Part shown: positions 58,946 to 64,000 of the stretch, one piece after another
Numbering within the stretch: position 1 is the first letter of the stretch
How the letters are laid out: the number at the start of each line of letters is the position of its first letter
NCBI RefSeq assembly: GCF_009914755.1
Contig: NC_060938.1
From: the human T2T-CHM13v2.0 reference genome, Homo sapiens
Direction: 5' to 3' (one strand)
DNA length: 64,000 nt
The notes under the pieces: generated by a model
Database searches by the model: none
What the model was told of the DNA's origin: nothing
The model's input: only the letters and a program-made list of their open reading frames with translations
Position numbers and translations under genes: made by a program

Positions 58946-61243
58946 ATGGAATGGAAAGGAATGGCATGGAATGCAATAGATTGGAATGGAATCATCTCGA
59001 GTGGTATGGCATGGAATGCAATGGAATGGAAAGGAATGGAATGGAACGGAATGGAATGGAATGCAATAGAATGGAATGGAATCAACTCGAGTTGAATTGA
59101 ATGGAATGGAATGGAATGGAATGGAAAGCATTTTAATTGAATGGACCCGAAGAGAATGGAATGGAGTGGAATGGAATGAAGTGGCCTCGACTGCAATAGA
59201 TTGCAATAGAATCATCTCAAGTGGAATGTAGTGAAATGGAATTGAATGGAATGGAATGGAATGCAATAGAATGGAATGGAATCAACTCGAGTGGAATGGA
59301 ATGGAATGGAATGGAATGGAATGGAATGGAGTGGAATGGAATGGAATGGAATGGAATGGAGTGGAATGAAATGGAATGAAATGGAGTGGAATGGAATGGA
59401 TTGGAATGGAATGAATGTAATGGAATGTAATGGAATGAAATGGTGTGGAATGAAATGGTGTGGAATGGAACGGAATGGAATGCTATAGAATGGAACAGAA
59501 TCACCTCGAGTTGAATGGAATGGAATGGAATGGAATTGAATTGAATCGAATGCAATTGAATTGAATGGACCCAGGAGAATGGAATGGAATGGAATGGAAT
59601 GGAATGGAATGGAATGGAATTAAGTGGACTCGAATGCAATAGATTGCAATGGAATCATCTCGAATGGAATGGAGTGGAATTGAATGGAATGGAATGGAAT
59701 GGGATGGAATTCAATAGAATGGAATGGTATCAGCTCGAGTGGAATGGAATGGAATGGAATGGAATGGAATGGAATGCTATAAAGTGGAATGGAATCAACT
59801 CGAGTGGAATGGAATGGAATGGAATGGAATGGAATGGAATGGAATGCAGTACAAAGCAATAGAATGGAATGGAATCAACTCGAGTTGACTGGAATGGAAT
59901 GGAATGGAATGCATTTGAATTGAATGGACCTGAAGAGAATGGAATGGAATGGAATGGAATGAAGTGGCCTCGAATGCAATAGATTAGATTGCAACGGAAT
60001 CATCTTGAGTGGAATGGAGTGAAATGGAACGGAATGGAATGGAATGGAATGGAATGGAATAGAATGGAATGGAATGGAATGGAATAGAATGGAACGGAAT
60101 GGAATGGAATGAAATGCAATAGAATGGAATGGTATCAACTGCAGTGGAATGGAATGGAATGCAATGGAATGGAATGGAATGGAATGGAATGGAATGGAAT
60201 GGAATCAATTCACCTGGAACGGAATGGAATGCAATGGAATGGAATGGAATGGAATGCAGTGGAATGGAATGGAATACAATGGAATGGAATGGAATGGAAT
60301 GGAATCCACTTGAGTGGAATGGAATGGAATGGAATGGATTCGAACGGAATGGAATGGAATGCAATGGAATGGAATGCATGTGAATTGAATGGACACGAAA
60401 AGAATTGAATGGAAATGAATGGAATCGAATGAAGTGGCCTCGAATGCAATATAATGGAATGGAATCAAGTCGAGTGGAATGGAATGGAATGGGTTGGAAT
60501 GGAATGGAATGGAATGGAATGGAATGCATTAGAATGGAATGGAATCAACTCGAGTGGAATGGAATGGAATGGAATGGAATGGAATGGAATGGAATGGAAT
60601 GCAATGGAATGGAATGGAATGGAATGGAATGGAATGGAATGCAATGGAATGGAATGGAATGCAATAGAATGGAATGGAATCACCTCGACTGGAATGGAAT
60701 GGAATGGAATGCATTTGAATTGAATGGACCCGAAGAGAATGGAATGGAATGGAATGGAAAGGAGTGGCCTCAAATGCAATAGAATGCAATGGAATCATCT
60801 CGAGTGGAATGGAGTGAAATGGAATGGAATGGAATGCTATAGAATGAAATGGTATGAAGTCAAGTGGAATGGAATGGAATGGAATGGAATGGAATGGAAT
60901 GGAATGGAATGGAATGGAATGGGTTGGAAGGGAATGAAATGGAATGCATTAGAATGGAAAGGAATGGAATGGAATGAACTGGCCTCCAATGCAATAGAAT
61001 TGAATGGAATCAACTGGAGTGGAATGGAATGGAATGGAATGGATTGGAATGGAATGCAATAGAATGGAATGGAATCAACTCGAGTAAAATGGAATGGAAT
61101 GGAATGGAATGGAATGGAATTGAATGGAATGGAATGGAATGCATTTGAATTGAATGGACACGAAAAGAATGGATTGGAATGGAATGGAATGAAGTAGCCT
61201 CGAGTGCAATGATATGGAATGGCATCAACTCGAGTGGAATGGA

Positions 61244-61261
61244 GTGAAAAAGGTGAAAAAG
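61244..61261 (+). repeat. 9-bp direct repeat GTGAAAAAG-GTGAAAAAG at the HSat3/alpha satellite junction (pJ-alpha box core)
   Basis: The sequence reads GGAATGGA GTGAAAAAG GTGAAAAAG GAAATATCTTCAC. The 9-mer is the A-box core of alpha satellite. Confidence 0.95.
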
Positions 61262-61763
61262 GAAATATCTTCACACAAAAACTAGACAGAAGCATTCTCA
61301 GAATCTTCCTTTTGATGTGTGCATTCAACTCACAGAGTTGAACCTTTCTTTTGATAGAGCAGTTTTGAAACACTCTCTTTGTAGGATCTGCAACTGGACA
61401 TTTGGAGCCCTTTGGGTCCTATAGTGAAAAACGAAGTATCTTCACATAAAAACTAGACAGAACAATTCTCACAAACTTCTTTGTGATGTGTGCATTCAAG
61501 ACACGGATCTGAACATTTCTTTTCATTGAGATGTTTGAAACACTCTTTTTGAAGAATTTGCAAGTGCATATTTGGATCGCTTTGAGGCCTTCATTAGAAA
61601 TGTGATATCTTCACAAAAAATATATAGAAGCATTCTCAGAAACTTCTTTTTGATGTGTGCATTCAACTCACAGACTTGAACCGTTCTTTTGATAGAGCAG
61701 TTTTGAAACACTCTTTTTTTTTTCAATCTGCAAGTGGACATTTGGAGTGCTTTGAGGCCTGTG

Positions 61764-63715
61764 GTGAAAAAGGAAATATCTTCACATAAAAACCAGACAG
61801 AAGCATTCTCAGAATCTTCTTTGTGTGTTTTGCTTTCAACTCAGAGAGGTGAACATTCCTTTTCATTGAGCAGTTTTGAAAAACACTTTTTGTAGAATTT
61901 GCAAGTGGATATTTGTACAGCTTTGAAGCCTTCTTTGATAGAGCAGTTTTGAAACCCTCTTTTTGTAGAATCTGCAAGGGGACATTTGGAGTGCTTTGAG
62001 GGCTATGGTGAAAAAGGAAATATGTTGACATAACAACTACACAGAAGCATTCTGAGAAACTTCCTGTGTTGTTCACTTTCAACTAACAGAGTTGAACATT
62101 CGTTTTCATAAAGCAGTTTTGAAACACTCTTTTTGTCGAATTTGCAAGTGTATATTTGGACCAATATGAGGACTTCGTTGGAAAAGGGATATCTTCACAA
62201 AAACTAGACAGAAGCATTCCCATTAACTTCTTTGTGGAGTGTGGATTCAACTCAAAAGGTTGAACCTTTCTTTTGATAGAGTAGTTTTGAAACACTCTTT
62301 TTGTAGAATCTGCAAGTAGACATTTGAAGCACTTTGAAGCCTATGGTGAAAAAGGAAACATCTTCACATTAAAACTACACAGAAGGATTCTCAGAAAATT
62401 CTTTGTGATGTTTGCTTTCAACTCACAAGTTGAACATTGCTTTTCATAGAGCAGTTTTGAAACACTCTTTGTAGAATTTGCAATTGAATATTTGGACGGC
62501 TTGGAGACCTTCATTGGAAAAGGAATATCTTCACATAAAAACTAGAAAGAGGCATTGCCAGAAACTTCTTTGGGATGTGTGCATTCAACTCAAAGTTTTG
62601 AACCTTTCTTTTGATAGAGAAGTTTTGAAACACTCTTTTTTTTAGAATCTGCAAGTGGACATTTGAGTGCTTTGAGGCTAATGGTGAAAAAGGAAATATC
62701 TTCACATAAAAACTAGACAGAAGCATTCCCAGAAACTTCTTTGTGCTGTGTGCATTCAACTCACAGAGTTGAACCTTTCTTTTGATAGAGTAGTTTTGAA
62801 ACAATCTTTTTGAAATATCTGCAACTGGACATTTGGAGCACTTTGAGGCCTATGGTGAAAAAGGAAATATCTTTACCTAAAAACTACACAGAAGCATTCT
62901 CAGAAACTTCTTTGTGTTGGTTGCATTCAACTCACAGAGTTGAACATTCCTTTTCATACAGCAGTTTTGAAGCACTCTTTTTGTAGAATTTACAAGTGGG
63001 TATTTTGACCACTTTGAGGCATTCTTGAGAATTGGGATATCTTCACAAAAACTAGACAGAAGCATCCTCAGAAACTTCTTTGTGATGTGTGCATTCAACT
63101 ATCAGAGTTAAACCGTTCTTCTGATAGTGCAGTTTGGAAACATTCTTTTTGTAGTATCTGCAAGTGGACATTTGGTGCACTTTGAGGCCTGAAGTGACAA
63201 AGGAAATATCTTCACATAAAAACTAGACAGAAGCATTCTCAGAATCTTCCTTGGAATGTATGCATTCAACTCACAGAGTTGAGCCTTTCTTTTGATAGGG
63301 CAATTTTGAAACACATTTTTTGTAGAATCTGCAAGTGGACATTTGGAACGCTTTGAATCCTATGGTGAAAAAGGAAATATCTTCACACAAAAACTACCCA
63401 GAAGCATTCTCAGGAACTTCTTTGTGATGTGTGCATTCAACTCACATAATTGAACATTTCTTTTGATAGAGCAGTTTTGAAACACTCTTTTTGTAGAATC
63501 CGCAAGTGGACGTTTGGAGCTCTTTGATACCTACAGTGAAAAAGGAAATATCTTCACATAAAAACTTCACAGAAGCATTCTCAAAAACATTTTTCAGATG
63601 TGTGCATTCAACTCAGAGAATTCAACTTTTCTTTTCATACAGCAGTTTTGAAACACTTTTTTTGTAGAATCTGAAAGTGGACATTTGGAGCGCTTTGAAG
63701 CCTATGGTGAAAAAG
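61764..63715 (+). other. A-type (pJ-alpha) box cores GTGAAAAAG in alphoid monomers
   Basis: Exact GTGAAAAAG at 61764, 62008, 62346, 62684, 62855, 63365, 63536 and 63707, each at the box position of its monomer. Confidence 0.85.
62173..62189 (+). other. Degenerate CENP-B box (CTTCGTTGGAAAAGGGA), predicted non-binding
   Basis: 16/17 match to YTTCGTTGGAARCGGGA, but the essential C of CGGG is A. More degenerate B-boxes are at 61589-61605, 62509-62525, 63021-63037 and 63873-63889. Confidence 0.85.
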
Positions 63716-64000
63716 GAAATATCTTCACATAAAAACTAAACAGAAGCATTCTCAGTAACTTCTTTGTGACGTTTGCTTTCAACTCACAGAGTTGAACATT
63801 CCTTTTCATTGAGCAGTTTTGAAACACTCTTTTTGAAGAATTTGCAAGTGGATATTTGGACGGCTTTGAGGCCTTCATTGGAAAAGGAACATCTTCACTT
63901 AAAAACTAGACAGAAGCATTCCCAGAAACTCCTTTGTGATGTGTGCGTTCATCTCAAAGAATTGAACCTTGCTTTTGATAGAGCAGTTTTGAAACATTCC

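Larger units (their letters stand above)
1..61243 (+). repeat. Human Satellite 3 (HSat3 / satellite III) array, diverged (GGAAT)n; G-rich strand is +
   Basis: Continuous GGAAT pentamer frame with variants GGAGT, TGAAT, CGAAT, GCAAT, AGAAT and GGACT. The classical HSat3 decamer CAACCCGAGT occurs (e.g. 44944, 52807), and its variant CAACTCGAGT is abundant. I saw no strand switch and no transposon insertion. Confidence 0.98.
43781..61243 (+). repeat. HSat3 domain C: CAACTCGAGT / GAAGTGGCCTCGAATGCAATAGAAT type
   Basis: From ~43790 the motifs GCAATAGAATGGAATGGAATCAACTCGAGTGG, GAAGTGGCCTCGAAT and GCATTTGAATTGAATGGACCCGAA recur every few hundred bases, separated by long pure GGAAT runs. Confidence 0.85.
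61253..64000 (+). repeat. Alpha satellite, ~16 diverged 171-bp monomers, monomeric, irregular A/B (R2/R1, SF5-like)
   Basis: The CAGAAGCATTC-equivalent landmark is at 61287, 61458, 61625, 61798, 62042, 62209, 62380, 62547, 62718, 62889, 63057, 63228, 63399, 63570, 63741 and 63911 (spacing 167-173, one of 244). Typical alphoid strings include GAGCAGTTTTGAAACACTCTTTTTGTAGAATCTGCAAGTGG. The family call is certain; the SF5 assignment is by eye. Confidence 0.97.

Noticed and set aside
59978-59995. AGATTAGATTG resembling a DUX4 site on the minus strand
   Set aside because: It mismatches TAATCTAATCA at both ends, is a single copy, and is explained by a 5-bp slippage of AGATT.
161-61062. Many plus-strand MEWNG-repeat ORFs
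   Set aside because: Same artefact: ATG occurs in every pentamer pair, and the ORFs overlap in all three frames.
43781-61243. CRISPR-like look (conserved, partly palindromic motif with variable intervals)
   Set aside because: The intervals are GGAAT satellite rather than unique spacers, their lengths are irregular, there are no cas genes, and the context is primate satellite.
1-61243. Canonical heat-shock elements or HSat2 identity
   Set aside because: The GAA units are head-to-tail, not the inverted nGAAnnTTCn pattern. The HSat2 ~23-26 bp repeat (GAATCATC-rich) is not the dominant pattern.
61244-61261. 9-bp repeat as a transposon target-site duplication
   Set aside because: The copies are adjacent with no element between them, and I saw no Alu, L1 or LTR sequence in the window.
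62173-62189. Functional CENP-B box / active centromere
   Set aside because: The essential CGGG is mutated, and the monomers are diverged with no homogeneous higher-order repeat.
60837-63314. Minus-strand ORFs such as MFQNCSIKRKVQLCELNAH, including one spanning the junction
   Set aside because: These are translations of alpha satellite monomers, a known source of spurious hypothetical proteins.
62380-64000. Possible 8-mer alphoid HOR (similar B monomers 1361 bp apart)
   Set aside because: The A/B order of preceding monomers does not match at that offset (B at 62173 vs A at 63536), and the window holds too little sequence to test it.
1-64000. A previously undescribed gene-based biological system
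   Set aside because: The entire window is accounted for by two known satellite families, with no unique sequence that could encode one.

Overview
This window is primate (very likely human) pericentromeric satellite DNA with no genes. Positions 1-61243 are one uninterrupted Human Satellite 3 (HSat3, (GGAAT)n) array with the G-rich strand on +. It splits into three compositional domains: GGAGT-rich (~1-31100), GGACTCGAAT-rich (~31100-43780) and CAACTCGAGT/GAAGTGGCCTC-rich (~43780-61243). The array ends abruptly at a 9-bp direct repeat (GTGAAAAAG x2, 61244-61261). About 16 monomers of 171-bp alpha satellite follow, with A- and B-type monomers mixed irregularly (R1/R2, SF5-like) and no intact CENP-B box. 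From memory, the junction matches the satellite III/alpha junction described on acrocentric chromosomes 13/14/21; this needs an alignment to confirm. All ORFs in the track are artefacts of satellite periodicity. I found no supportable novel gene system. The observations worth following up are structural: the junction mechanism, layered HSat3 domains with hidden higher-order units, long-range paralogous blocks, recent tandem duplications, and a ~98-bp deletion in one alphoid monomer. Domain boundaries and offsets were read by eye and are approximate unless stated otherwise.
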